DNA of 64,000 bases, taken from contig LSRY02000021.1 of the NCBI GenBank assembly GCA_001643675.2, positions 496,001 through 560,000 on the forward strand. Direction: 5' to 3'. Every line of letters begins with the position of its first letter. Position 1 is the stretch's first letter. This DNA comes from Monocercomonoides exilis PA203 (Eukaryota; Protista; Preaxostyla). A program made the translations under genes and the position numbers. Below, piece by piece: positions 1 through 13,300 of the stretch. The notes beneath the pieces are model-generated. The model saw only the letters and a program-made list of their open reading frames with translations, was not told the DNA's origin and searched no databases.

Positions 1-1324
1 GCATCAGCAGCAGCAGCAGCAGAGGAAGCGAGACCTGCAGAGGCATGGAGAGGGAAAGGGTTTCCTGCGCAGAGTGCGCGGATGGTGGAGGGGAGATACC
101 CAGGCGATGTGGCAGTAGCAGGAGCAGGAGCAGGCAGAGGAAGAGAAAGGAGCGAAGAGAGAGGGAAAGAGAGAGATTCAGCGAGTGGAAGAGAGCTTCT
201 TTTCTCTGTCTCCTCGCTGGCTGCACTTGAGGCCGCGCCTGTCACCATTGGAGGATCACCGTTCACAACCATCTTTCCAATCATGAAGCCGCAAAGGACG
301 ACATCTGGTGCGTCAGACTCATCCAACATCTCTTCTTCTTCTTCTTCTGCAACGGCTGCTGCTGCTTCTTCTCTTTCTGGCTCGAATTTCCTGTCTCCCT
401 TCAGAGACCGTTCAGCTTCTTCGACGCCATCCTTCCACATCCGCTCCATCGCTCCGCAGACACCCACACACGACTTGAGCACACCCTTCGCCTTCGTCCG
501 GCACACCATTCGTGCCATCGCCTCTATCTTCGCACTCAGCCTCACTCCACAAGCACCAAAGGGCTACCACCTTTTCTCCCCTACTGCCTCCTTCTCATCT
601 TCATATGTCTCTTCAAACTCATCCTTATCTACATCATCATCTTCTTCATCTTCTTCTGCTTCTTCTTCCACTCTTTCCTCAGACCGCTCTGCTGACGCCT
701 CGTCCCGTGCCCTCGCCCTCATCAACCCTCAGCAAGACCCCCTCCCTCCATACTCTTACCCAGCTGAGTCCATCTCTGTCTGGGCACAGCTCTTCCTCTT
801 CCACATCTTCCTCAGCGTGGCTGACTGCGCCGAATGGGCAGGCAGCTTCATCTTCTCGGTGCAGCCAGCTTGGAGCTGGATCGCAGCGTTTGATGCCATG
901 TGGCGAGGAAACAGGCAAAACCAGCTGTTCTCCTTTGATTCGGATGTCCAGAATGGAATCATTCCTCATCTGCCCTTTGAGGAGCAGCAGACAAGCAGTG
1001 TGGGTGCTTCTTCGTCGAATGCTGTGTCATTTCTGGCTGCTCCTGCACCAGCCACTGCTTCTGCTTCTTCTTCTACTTCTTCTTCTTCTGTATCACCACT
1101 GACTTCTCTGCCAACCTCTGCCTCTGTCGCATTTGCTGGCTATGTCGCTTCTCATTCACCATCATCTTTATCTGCTGCTTCTGCAACTTCGTTCAATGCA
1201 AATCAGTCTGCTTTCCCTTCGTCTCCTCATCAGTCTCCTTCAGCAAATAGAGTGGGTGTGCAAGCTATGCCTTCTCTTTCTCTTCCATTTGCTGTTGGCA
1301 ACACATCTTCTTCTTCTTCTTCTT

Positions 1325-1355
<31 letters not shown>

Positions 1356-4300
1356 GTCATCATCATATTCCTTATCTCCTCCTCCTCCTCTCCGTCTCTC
1401 CCATGACTTCATCGTGCCCCAGCGCTTCTCTGACATCGAGCTGCGTATCATCTCTCTCTTCGTCCCTTACTTCCGCAAGTGCCTCGAATACTTCATTTCT
1501 GCCCTCGGCCTCTTCACCCAGCATCTCTACGAGTTCTTCACAGACGATGCTCAGCCCACCCTCGTCCCCTTCCAGCTGACTGAGCCCTCACGCAACTTTG
1601 TCATCGCCAACCGCCCGTACACCTCCAGCGTCTCTGCTGTCCCCTCTTACCGCCCTTCCCCTCTCTTCAAGTCTGTCCTCAACGGCGGCGGTGTTGGTGG
1701 CATCTCCATCCCAACCCCACCAGCCACCCCTCTGCCTTCAAGCTCCCCTTTCCCCCGCTCTTCTCCTCAGACTCCTTCCATCATCGCCTCTGCTGCCTCA
1801 CCTGCTGCAGGAGTGGGGATACCTGCCTCTATCAGCGCCTCCACCCAGATGCCCTCTGTCTCCCCACCTCCACTCAAACACCAGCTCCCAAAAATGAAGC
1901 TGAAAGTGCCCTCAGAACGAGACTTCCTCATGTTCTGGGCGCGGCTCGCAGTCGCCGACTTCGCAGAAGGTGTCCTCTTCACCCGCACTTTTGACTCGCT
2001 CTGTACTGGCGTCTGCCCCAAATTCACTTTTGCTCCTTCTCGTTTTGTGTCAGCAGCGCAATATGAAGTGTTTCAGGGGATAAGCTCTTCGCCCAGCCCT
2101 TCTCTTTCGTTCGTGTTTCTGGTTGTTTCTATGCTGTCTTCGTGTCTTTCCTCAAACTTGGCCCAAAAATGCCCTTTGCTCACCACACACATCTTGTCTG
2201 TCATCCTTACTCTTCTCGGAAAAACGGAGAAATTTTGGCATCTTCTGAAGAAAAGAGAAGCAATCCATGCACAGCGGAAAGCTATTCCATTTGTTGCTCT
2301 TCTTCGCGATGCTCCTCTTTCGCCTTCGACATCACTGAGACTTCATCCTTCACGTGAGAATTCTCCTCCTCCTGCTTCTTCTTCTTCCTTTTCCTCCTCT
2401 TCTTCTTCTACTTTGCATTCACCTCCTTCCCAGCAAACTTCTTCATTCATTCCTCCTTTTGCTCTGCCTCACAGTCAATTCCAAACGGCCACAGTTGCTT
2501 CTGCAGTATCTACTGCTCCTTTTTCCTGCACCTCACATTCTCCTCCTCCTTTCCGCACGTCTCATTCTCGTTCTCCTCCACTTTATTCTTCGCATCTTCC
2601 ATTGTCCGCAAACATCCGCTCTTTCTCTCCACCTCCTCGTCTTTCGCAGCCACCTCATCTGCAGCTTCAGCCTCCGACACATTCAATTCCTTCTTCTTCC
2701 TCTCATTCTGCTTCATCGTCTGCTTCTTCTTCCTCTTTCTCCTCCTCTTTCTCTTCTTCATTCTCTGCTTTGAAATCAACCGAGCACAAACAAACAGCAT
2801 CTGAAATCTTGCAACCTCTTCTCGATTCTATCCTTCTTCATACAGCATCCTACATCCTCAACTCCAACAGCCCGTCCATCGTTGCTCGCTTCTTCAATCT
2901 GTCATCTGTGTTTCAGTATTATGTTGATGCTTATCCCTCTTTCACTTCATCCTCTTCTTCATCTTCTGTTTCACCATCTGAAGATAATAACAATTCTTCT
3001 TCTTCTTCTTCTTCTTCTTTCCCATTTGGATTCATTTCTCCATCTGATTTCTCTTCCTCCACTTCAAATACACCTTCTCTTCCATCTGTCTCAAAACTCC
3101 CTCACACTTCATCATCATCTTCCTCCTCCTCATCCTCATCCATGCCACTTCCTCCTCTTCCTTCTTCTTCTTTCCCTTTCTCTCTCCTCTCTCCCTCGTG
3201 TGTCTGGGCATTCATTGGCATTGTTGCTGCGAATGCCGGAAGAGCTCAATGGCAGCAGTTAGCTCGTTCATTTCCTTCTCAAACAGCTTCTTCTTCTTCT
3301 TCTTCTGTTTATTCACAAACACATTCTGAACAAGCTTCACTCAGCAACTTCGGTGTGCCACTTTCTCGCGCACAACCAGCTGTGCCTTCTGTGAAGACTG
3401 CAATTTCACCATCTATCTGTTTCAATAACAATAATAATAATAATAACATTGTCAGTAACAACAGCATAAACAACAAATATCCTTCCACATCTCCCTCACT
3501 TTCCCCTTTGTCTCCTGCAGCCACTCGACAAATCCCTTCTTTCTCTGTGTCTTCTCCTCCTTCTCAATCTTCCCCCTTTCCATCTCCTTCTTCTATCTCT
3601 TCTTCTCCAGCACACCCACCTCCTTCTCTTCAGCAACTTCTGCCTCAGCTTCCTCAGAACGAGTCTCAAATCGCGTCATCAAACAGCACATTCTTAGCAT
3701 CGTTCATTCGGATGATGGAACACAATGGCTGGTCTTCAGTGAAGACGGGTTGGGCCACAAAGAAGATTCTCATCCAGAGGCAGAACAAGGAGATGGCCAC
3801 GATGCATTCATCAGTGCAGTCATGCTTGGCAAGACTCAGTCGGCGTTCAGCACAGAAAATCCCGTACTGGTTTTGGGCAGACAACAAGTCAGAGAAAGCA
3901 GAAAGGGCAGAAAGAGCAGAAAGAAGGAAAAGGTTGCAGAGGATGCAAAAGCAAGGCGGCCGATTGGGGAGAAGCAGCAGGTGGGCAGAGAGAGATGCAG
4001 TACATTCGCTTTCAGACAGGCAGTATGAATATCTCGAAGCAAAAGCAGAAGAAATGGAGCGCAACTCGTTTGCGAACCACTGTCTGACACTGCTCCGCTT
4101 CCATCTGCTTGTTCTGGTTGCATTGAGCCATCCAAATGAAACAGCATCAACATTTGTGGCAGCCCTGCTGTTAAAGTTGGCACACGATGCTGCGATGAAG
4201 GAGAACCCGTCAGAGGAAGATGCAATGCTGCAGCAGAATGTGAATCTGTTTCTGGTTGCATTTCAGGAGAAGAGGGATGCGGATGACGAGGAAGCACAGG

Positions 4301-7300
4301 AAATGAAAGGGGCAGGAGATGGAAAGAAAGGAAAAAACGATGATGACTCAGAAGAAGAAGAAGAAGACGATGGCGATGACGATGATGATGGTGACGAGGA
4401 AAGTAGTGGAGGCAGGACAAGAGAAGAGAGCGAGGCGTGGAGCCGGACGAGAGAAGACGAGACGACACGTTCAGACACAGATTTCTCAGACCAGCCAGTG
4501 TCTGTGCCTATCCAAGGGAAGGCATACAGATCGTATGGCATCTCCTCTGATCGCTCATCTGCCCGTTCGCTTTCTCAGACCTCGCTTTCTCCTTCTACAT
4601 ATGCTCCTTCAGCCACATCGATGACTGGAGTGACTGCAGACTTCGACGAAACAACCACCGCATCCTTTTCGGCGTCTGCAGGCTCCAACGAAGTTGTCAC
4701 TGTTTCATCGTATCGCAGCCTCTCTCCTTCGCAATCGCGATCGCCTTCGTATTTGAATGACTCCTCATTCCACTCACAAATGAGCTCAAGACACTCTGCA
4801 CAGACGATGTCGCCACCAGCCACAGCATCTTCTGTTATGAGTGGTTCTCGTGTGGTTAGACATTCAAAAGCTGTCAGAGGATCTTCATCATCATCATCTT
4901 CTTCTTCTTCATCCTCTTCCCGATCTGCTTCTGGTGCTTCTTCCAACAAGCATCTTATCCGAGGCAAAGATGCCAAGTTTGCGCAGTGGGCATCTGCCAC
5001 TGTTGCTTCTTATTTCACCTCCACCCTCGCCTTCCTCACTGAAACCACTCGAATTTCGCCTCAAAAAGTGATTGCGCTGAAGTCTGGTGCCACTTCTGCT
5101 GGCTCGTCTGTGCTGAACGAGAGGCAGAAAAGAGCACAGCTGCGCATCCAGAAGGCGCTGCGGCGCATTGAAAAGCAGAAGCAGAGGGAAGAGCTGAGGA
5201 CAAAAGCACTCAGAGACTGTCTGATTGGGCTGATCCTGGGCAATTCAGTGCTGATGAATGAGATGGTGACACTCGCACGCGATGCTGTCTATTCGCACCA
5301 GCGCTCGGCTCGCATCAAAGAAAAGCTGAGCAGCTTGGATGCTGTTGATGAACTGAATTTTGCATCCATATCGTCTTCCTCTTGCAATTTCAATGATCTT
5401 CTGCAGCAGCCTTTGACTTCCACATCTGCTTCTTCTTCTGCTTCTTCTGCATCATCTGCCCATCCATTCCCTGCCAACCATCCCACTCATTTATCTCCCT
5501 CTACTCGTTCTCTCTCCTCTGTCAGCTCAGGCAGAGGCCGTTCTCCTGCTCTTCCCTCCCTCCCTGCTCATCCTTCTCATCCAGAGCTAACCCTTCAGCC
5601 TGTGCCAGCATCTGCCCACAATTCCCCTCCAACACGAGGAAGCTCCAAATCTGACTCCCCTTCAAATGCATCAGCGTCTTCTCCACTGAGAGAGGTATCG
5701 AGTGAGACTTCACAGGAAAGGAAGCCTCAAGAAAGAGGAAGGGGAAGAGGAAGAGGAAGAGGGGAAAAGAGCTCTGATATTACTGGAATGAAGCAGAGCG
5801 GAAAGAAGAAGCCAAACAAAGATGAGAACGAAGAGCTTGTCAGACTCGCTGACGATGGGCGAGAACCGCTTTGCACATCGCTTTTGGGCTCATTCTTGTT
5901 TGAAGAAGAGATATTCTTCCCTCCAAAGAATATATTAGCTGAAATACGCAGACAACTACAACTGCACAAAGAAGAGCAGGCAGCCAGCTCGCCTGTGTCT
6001 TCTGCAACTGGATCTGTCCATGCTGTTCCTTCGACTCCTCTCTCACCTCCAGCTGACACCATCTCTCGTTCCTCTGCTCATTCGATGCAGAGTGGCTCTA
6101 ATAATACCAGAGCTGCCAGTGAGAGTGTGTTTCGCATTGCTCCGCTTTCCCCTCCTGTGCCTCGCTCTGCTCGAACATCCAGACCTCAATCTCAGTCTCA
6201 ATCTCAATCTCATTCACATTCTCATTCACATTCTCAGTCTAATTCTGTATCTCTTTCTCAGCCTCGCTCAGCTTCTCCTTCTTCTTCTTCTGTTTCTCCC
6301 TCGCGCAATTCTTCTGTCCAACCAAAGAACACCCGCAGAAACACAAATGCCTCAGCCTCTTCTGCTGCTTTCATTGCAAATTCTTCTTTTTCTGGTTCTT
6401 CTTCATCATCTTCATCATCGTCTGCTGTGAGAATCGCCCACATCTCTCCTTCTGTGTTTGCCTTCGTCTATTCTCTCCTTCCTCTCTTTCTGAGCCATCG
6501 CCATTTGCTTCGCTGGTCGCCTTCTTCAAACACAATACGCGTTCTCATTCGCTTTCTGCAGAGCAACAGCGCTGTCGGCTCTGCCATTCAGATGGGAAAT
6601 GCCTCAAAAACATCGAAAACTTCACGTATTGGTCGCTTGAATACTTCCTCTTCTTCTTCATATTCTTCTTCTCTTTCTACTTCCTCCTCCTCCTCTGAAT
6701 CTGCCTTTCTTCTTCCATCCTCTTTCATCTCCGTCACATCTCCATTATATTCATATTCTTCCTCCATTTATCCTCCTTCTCTGCTCTTCGAGTTTGCCAA
6801 GCGTTGCATCGATCTCTTTCTGTTTGAGTCTGCCCAGCTGTCTCATTCGCAAATGCTTCCTTTTCCCCCAAAATGGATACAGCCGTCTCCTCAGCCCAAT
6901 ATGACTCCAGGTGATTCTCCTTCTTTTTCTCCTTCTTCATTCTCTTCTTCCTCCTCCTCCTCTTCCGCTTTGTCTTCTTCTGTCCAAACTCCTCCTTCCA
7001 CCCCTTCCTCAGCCACTCCCTCTGTTGCCAGCCATTTCTCATCCAGCCCTGTTCTTCTGCCTCCTTCACACATCTTCCCTTCGTTTGCTCAGCAGAAGCA
7101 GAAGTTGCATCTTCTCATTTCGCCTTTGAAACAGCTGGCGTTGGTTGTGGCACTTGTTGACTTGTGCATTTCTGCTTTTGCAGCTGAAGAAGCGAGAAAG
7201 AAAAGAAATTCGTCAAACAGAATTGAAAGTTATAACATCACAAGAGAATACAATGGAAGAAGAGACAGATGGAGGACGAAGTCAAAGCAGCCAATTCTTG

Positions 7301-10300
7301 CCATTCATGAAGTCGAAAGAAAGTCTTCTTCTTCTTCTTCCTCTTCCTCTTCATCAGAGCACAACCCAATTCAAAATGCCTCACTTTCATCGATTGTGAC
7401 TGTGGAGCAGCTGTCTTCGTGGATTCTGTCTATTCTGATGAAGATTGATCTAAACTCTTTCCCACTCGCAATGCCATCTGCTCTTTCTGCTGTTCAGATG
7501 ATGAAACAAAATAAAAATAAGAATAAGAATAAGAACAAAATTAAAAGCAGTGACAAAAATGAAAGTGAAAATGAAGGCGAAAGCACTTATGTTAGTTTCC
7601 ATTCAGAGAAGGAGAAAGAAAAGGAAGATATTACTTCGATTGGGCTAAGTTTGAGAAGCTTTGGAGTGTTAGGCGGAAATAAAAGAGATGAGGCAAAAGG
7701 AGAGAATGAAAAAGAAATTGATGAAATTGTGAGCAGTGAAGATGGCAGTGACACTGATGACGACGATGAGAATGATGACGAAGATGAAGATGAAGCTTTG
7801 CTTCTGATGAATCAAACAACTTATGCATCTTCTTCTTCTTCTTCTTCAACTTCATCATCATTATCTTCTTCTCTTTCTGAATTGGCTTCTCGTATTCCTT
7901 GCACTTTCCTTTTAACTCTGAATGACACATGCAAAAGAGCATTTGTTGTTGGCCATCGCATCAGAATTATGCTGTCTCGTGATTGGAATCAGTATTTTGC
8001 CTCAAAAAGTTCATATTCTTCGTATTCTTCTTCCTCCTCCTTTTCTCCTTCTTCTTCTTCATCTTTCACTTCTTCTTCCTTGCATGCTCCCTCTCTCATG
8101 CCATTTGATGGTGGTTATTCGAGCTATCCTTCGTCATATCTGAATGGTTATCAAAATTCTTCATCATCATCAGCCTCATCATCGCTTTCTCTGTATTCTT
8201 CAAGCAGCACATTGCAATATCAGCAATCTTATTCCCCTTTTTATTCTCTTCTCCATTGCGCTGCTCTGCTTATCACACCACAAAAGCATGTTCCTTCTTT
8301 GACCCAGTTGAAATCGTTATCATCGTCACAATCTTCTTTGTCTTCTTCTTCTTCGTTGTCGTCTTCTTCTCTTTCTCTTCTGTTCACTTTCCCCTCACTC
8401 GATGAAATCAAATCCCATCTCCATTTCCTCTTCACATCCAATCACATGTTAGCTGCCCTCCGCTTGCTCCAATTTCTTTCTCATGTTGTCTCTTCTCAGC
8501 TCATCACAGAAGACAATACAAGCTCATCTCATTTCTCATCTTCTGCTTCTTCTCCTTCCTCCTCCTCCTCTTATTCTTCTTCTTCTTCTTCAACAGCATC
8601 ACTCTCCACATCAGATACTTCCCATCTTCTGCAACAAGACACAGAAATGATCCCAATTAGCAGCACTTCTTCCACTCCTCCCCTCTCTCTGTCTCATTTG
8701 AATTCAAGTTCTTCTTCCTCCTCTTCCTCTTCCTCTTTCATTCAATCGATCGAGCATTCCCTTTCCTCTCGTCTGCGCTCTTCCCTCCTCTTCCCTCAGC
8801 TCCGCAGCTGCTTCGAGTATTTCTATTCTGTTGCACCTGATCTCATCAAAGAGATGGAAGACGTCTCCTCCACCCTCCTCGTCTACACCGTGCCTTCTGT
8901 TCCCCTTGCCCCTCCCTCAGAATCATTGAAGTTTTCTTCTTATTCTCTCTCAAACTCTGCCTCTGCCAGTCTGCCTGCTGCCTCTTTGCCTTGCCCACCG
9001 TCTATCACTCAGTCTATTTCAGCTGCTGCTTCGTCGATTCTGTCAACAGCTGCCTCCTTCTTCCAGGCAATCTTCCCGCAGAAGAAGATTAAAGAGAACA
9101 TTCTATTGAACTCGTTCTGTATTGGCATTTCGACTGATTTGGAGTGGAAGAAGATGGTCGCATTGACTGATGGATGGAGAGACAGGCTGAAAGAAGACGA
9201 AGAAGACGATGCGGAGAATGCGGAGTTGTTGTGCAGTGAAGATTGGGATGTGGTGGCGAAGCAGAGGAAGAAGATGTATTCGAAGAAAAGAGCATTGTGG
9301 AAGAAAGTGGTGGATGAAGATGGCAAAGAAGAAGGAAAAGGAGGAGGAAATATTAACAGATTGTTCTTCTTGAAGGAGAAACATAGCGAAATCGCCTCCG
9401 AAAGAGAATGGAACAAAGCATCGCGTATTGTCCAAGCAGAAGCAGAGCATCTGAAAAGAGAGCGGTTCAACATGAATATGCCAATAACGCCACCTTCAAA
9501 GAACATCTCCAGAATTTCGTCTGCTTCTTCACTCGCAGCAAACTTGTCATCTTCTGCTGATCATGTGTCTGGCACGAACACCAGCTCACCTCAAAACAAT
9601 GGAAAAGAAGTGAATGCTGCTGAACATTTTCCTTCTCCCTCATCATTTGCAATTGGATCTTCTTCTTCCTCTTCCCCTCCTCCTCTAACTGACAAGCCTT
9701 TCTTTTCAGTGGGTGTTTTGCTTATCTCTTTTCTGTCTATTCCAAAATGGCATCAATCTCCCATCTGGCTGTCTATGATGGATGCTCTTTGCTTCTCGTC
9801 TTTGAGTGTTGTGGCTGAATGCAACCAGATTGTGAAAGGAAAAAGAAGATCATTCAGAAGAATATCGTCGGGTTATCTTTCTTCTTCTTCCTTTTCTTCT
9901 TCTTCTTCTTCTTCAGAAAGATTCATTGGCCATTCACCATCACTTGCAGATGTGCTGTCCAATCAGACTCATCCGATGCATTTTGAAGGGTGTGGAGTTG
10001 TCGATATGGTACTTCCAGTGTTACTGGACAAGATATTTGAGGAAAGATTGAATGATCAAAAGAGAGATAAAGCGAGAGAAAAGGAGAAAGAAAGTGAAAG
10101 AGAGAGGGAAAGAGAAAAAGCATTACGAGCAGATGGATTTGCAAAAGCGGAAGAAGATTCACATGAAAACAAAACAGAAAACAAAGAGGAAGCATTTAAA
10201 GTGGGCATTTTGCAGTATTTGTTCACGAAAGAGCTGAAATGGATGAAGAATGTGGCAATTCAATATCCATTCCTATTTATCTCTATTCTTTCCTCTCTCA

Positions 10301-13300
10301 CCTCTTCCTCTCTCTCTGCTCATCCTTCTGTGAGTATCAGCCAAAGCACAGCTGAGCTCATTCCACAGCAGCTTCAGCTTCATCAGCAGCAGAACTCACC
10401 TTCCTCTCCTTCTTCCATTGCATCGCTGTCTCCTTCCCAGTCCTTCAGCCATCCACATAACACAGCAGAGCAATCAGTCAGAAATATTCCAAATGTGTCA
10501 AATGTATCAAATGTGTCTTCATTGCCAGCATCGCTTTGTGTGTTCATTGCCAATTTCATCATCGACAACTGCTTCCCCAACAGCCATCCACTCAACGTGG
10601 CTCATCCGCTTCTTCTGCACTTCTTCCTCATGTTCCTGACTGAAGCTCAACATCGCTATGATCTTGCATCCTCTTCCTCTTCATCCTCCTCCTCATCATC
10701 ATCTTCTTCTTCTTCTTCTTCTCTAATCAGCCCCTCTGTCAAGAAAGTCCCCTCCTCTCTATCTTTTCTACAATCCATCAATTCTGAGCACACGATGCCT
10801 TTCTTCTACTCTCCCGATGAGTTCTATCAACAGCTGCGTTCTTCTATTGGCACAAAAGCCCTATCAAAAGTGTCTGAAGCCCTCAAAAACTGGACAGAGG
10901 CGGTGCAGTTTATGAGAGACGAGATTAAAAACCAGCTCGATTTGCTGCTTCCCCAGCCGCTTTCACCTGCTTTCTCGCCAATTCTGTCAATGTCCCCAGA
11001 TTCATCACCATTGCAATCACCTTCTTCTGTTTCTGCTTCTTCTTCTGCTACTGCTATGTCTGGTTCAGCTTGCAGATTCGACTCATTTTCAGCAGTCAAT
11101 CCAAATGATGACTTTCAAAAGAGCATGTTTAAGTCTCTCTATTCTCCTTTGACTTCTTCTTCTCCTTTGTCTCCTTCCTTTGCGTATTCTGCTGTTCCTG
11201 TGCCAACTGCCCCATCTGTCAAAGCCAAACCTTCAGGTCCTTCCTTCTTCCCTCTGATTGAGCAGCCTTTTGCTCTCCTGGCATCTCCCCAGACTCCTTT
11301 CACTTTGTCATTCTTTTCACTCTTCTTTCCTTCAATCAACACTTCTCGACAGATCCCCCGTTCACTGAATGCTATCGTGTCGTCACTGCAGGCAGAAGTC
11401 GGTTATTCTTCTTCCTCATCGTCGTCTTCATCGTCGTCTTCTTCTTTTCAGCCTTCTTCTTCAAAATTGCGTTATTCATCCACACAAAATCAAGCTTCAT
11501 CATCATCATCTTCTTCTTCTTCTTCTTCTTCTTCTTCCACTTCTTCTTCTATTTCCTTTGGCTCGACCTTCTCCTTCCCTTCCTCGTCTGTCGTCTTCAA
11601 GCTGCGCCGCTCCTTCCACATTGCTTTCCTCCAAATCGCCCAACAGCACCTCGACCATCTGCTTTGGGAGTATCGCTCTATAAAGTCCATCCTTCTTCCT
11701 TCTCTTTCTTCTCTCTCTGCTGTTGCCCAGTCTCCCAGACAGCCTTCCTCCCCTTCTGTTCAGGAGCTCATGTCTGTCCACTCTTCCTCTCCTGTCGCAT
11801 TTGCTTCCTCCTTCCCACTTCCTGCTCCTTCCTCTCTGCTCTCTTCTCCTTCCTTCTCCTCCATCTCCTCGCCTTCTTCCCATCTCTCATCTCCCTCTCC
11901 CTCTGCCTCTCCCACTAGCTTCATTCACTCACAAGATAACTGGTTCCACTCATCCATGGAGCAGTCACTCCTTCTCTTCCCCCACATCGCCCTTGCCCAC
12001 CGCTGCGTCTGGCATCCGCTGTATGCTGACTGGCTCATGCCCCTCTTCCTCGTCGGCCACGTCAGACCTCTTTCACAGCCCCCCTCTGAGTATTATGCTC
12101 TGCTGGCTCGTAAAGGGCACAGAAGCAGCGGGAATTCGTATTGGAGAGAGAGTGATAGAGGAAGGAGTGGTGATGTGTTTGTTGCTGCTGATGATGATGA
12201 AGAGGAGGGAAACAATGATTACTTTGAGATGGCTACAAGAGATGCCAAACAAGCTGCAGCTGTCAGAGTCAATCTCGATTCCTATCTCATCGACGATGAT
12301 CACATTGCTACTGACTCATGTGCATCCACTGCTCCTCTTCCGCAAAAATCTTCCTCCTCCTCTTCTTCTTCTCTTGCTGTTCCTTCTCTCTCCACTCCAA
12401 CTCCTCCTTCCTCTCCTGTCTCTCCCTCTCTCCGCAGCGACTCTTCTGTCACAGCTGAGTCCACCACCACCCCCAGCACCGACTCTTCCTCTCTCCGCAC
12501 TCAAGTCTTTGCTTCTTTTGCTCAATCCTCTGTTGCCTCTCAGGCTGCAGCCACTGGCTTGATTGTTCCCCTCCCTTTCACCAACACTCTCCCTCTATTC
12601 GATCTCGAATCGCTGACTGAGCTAGACTCGGGAATGCGAGTGCACCACACAACACTCGCAAACTTTGTGAAGCAGGTGCTGCAGCAGGTGCCTCTCATTG
12701 AGTCCTCTTCGATCATCCAATCCGCTGCACAACAAGGAGGCTTTGCCCAGTCTCCAATGGCACCGGCGATGGATGGCACTCCCTCTGTCTTGTTGCAGAG
12801 TGTACAGCCAGCCACGCCTATCAGGAGAGACAATGCGCATCTGTCGCACATCCGGAGCCTCTTCACCATCACCCAGACGTCCACACAGAAGCCGGTCAAA
12901 TGCAAATACCTCATCCCACAGCATGTGGTGCGTGCTGCCTCGAAGGAAGCTGGAGGGTTCTTGTCAGGAGGAGGAGTGGGAGGAGGAGGGAGAAATGGAA
13001 TTGGGTTTGGAGAAGATGGAGATGGAAACGATGGTGCAATGATTCTTGTGCCGTCTCAGAGGTGTTGTGAAGAGACGATTCTGATAGCGAACATTCCGAG
13101 TGTGCAGATGAGCAGCGCCCACAGCGCAGCCTGCTCCACTCTGCGCTCTCTGCGACACCAGGCAACAGTCTCTGCAGCTGATCTGGTGTACCCCGCCAGC
13201 CTCACTCACATGGCAATATCGCTGCTGCATCTGAAGATTATCGTGCACAAGTTCCGCAAGCTGCTCTCAGACATTGCCAACAACAGCGGTGCAACGGAGC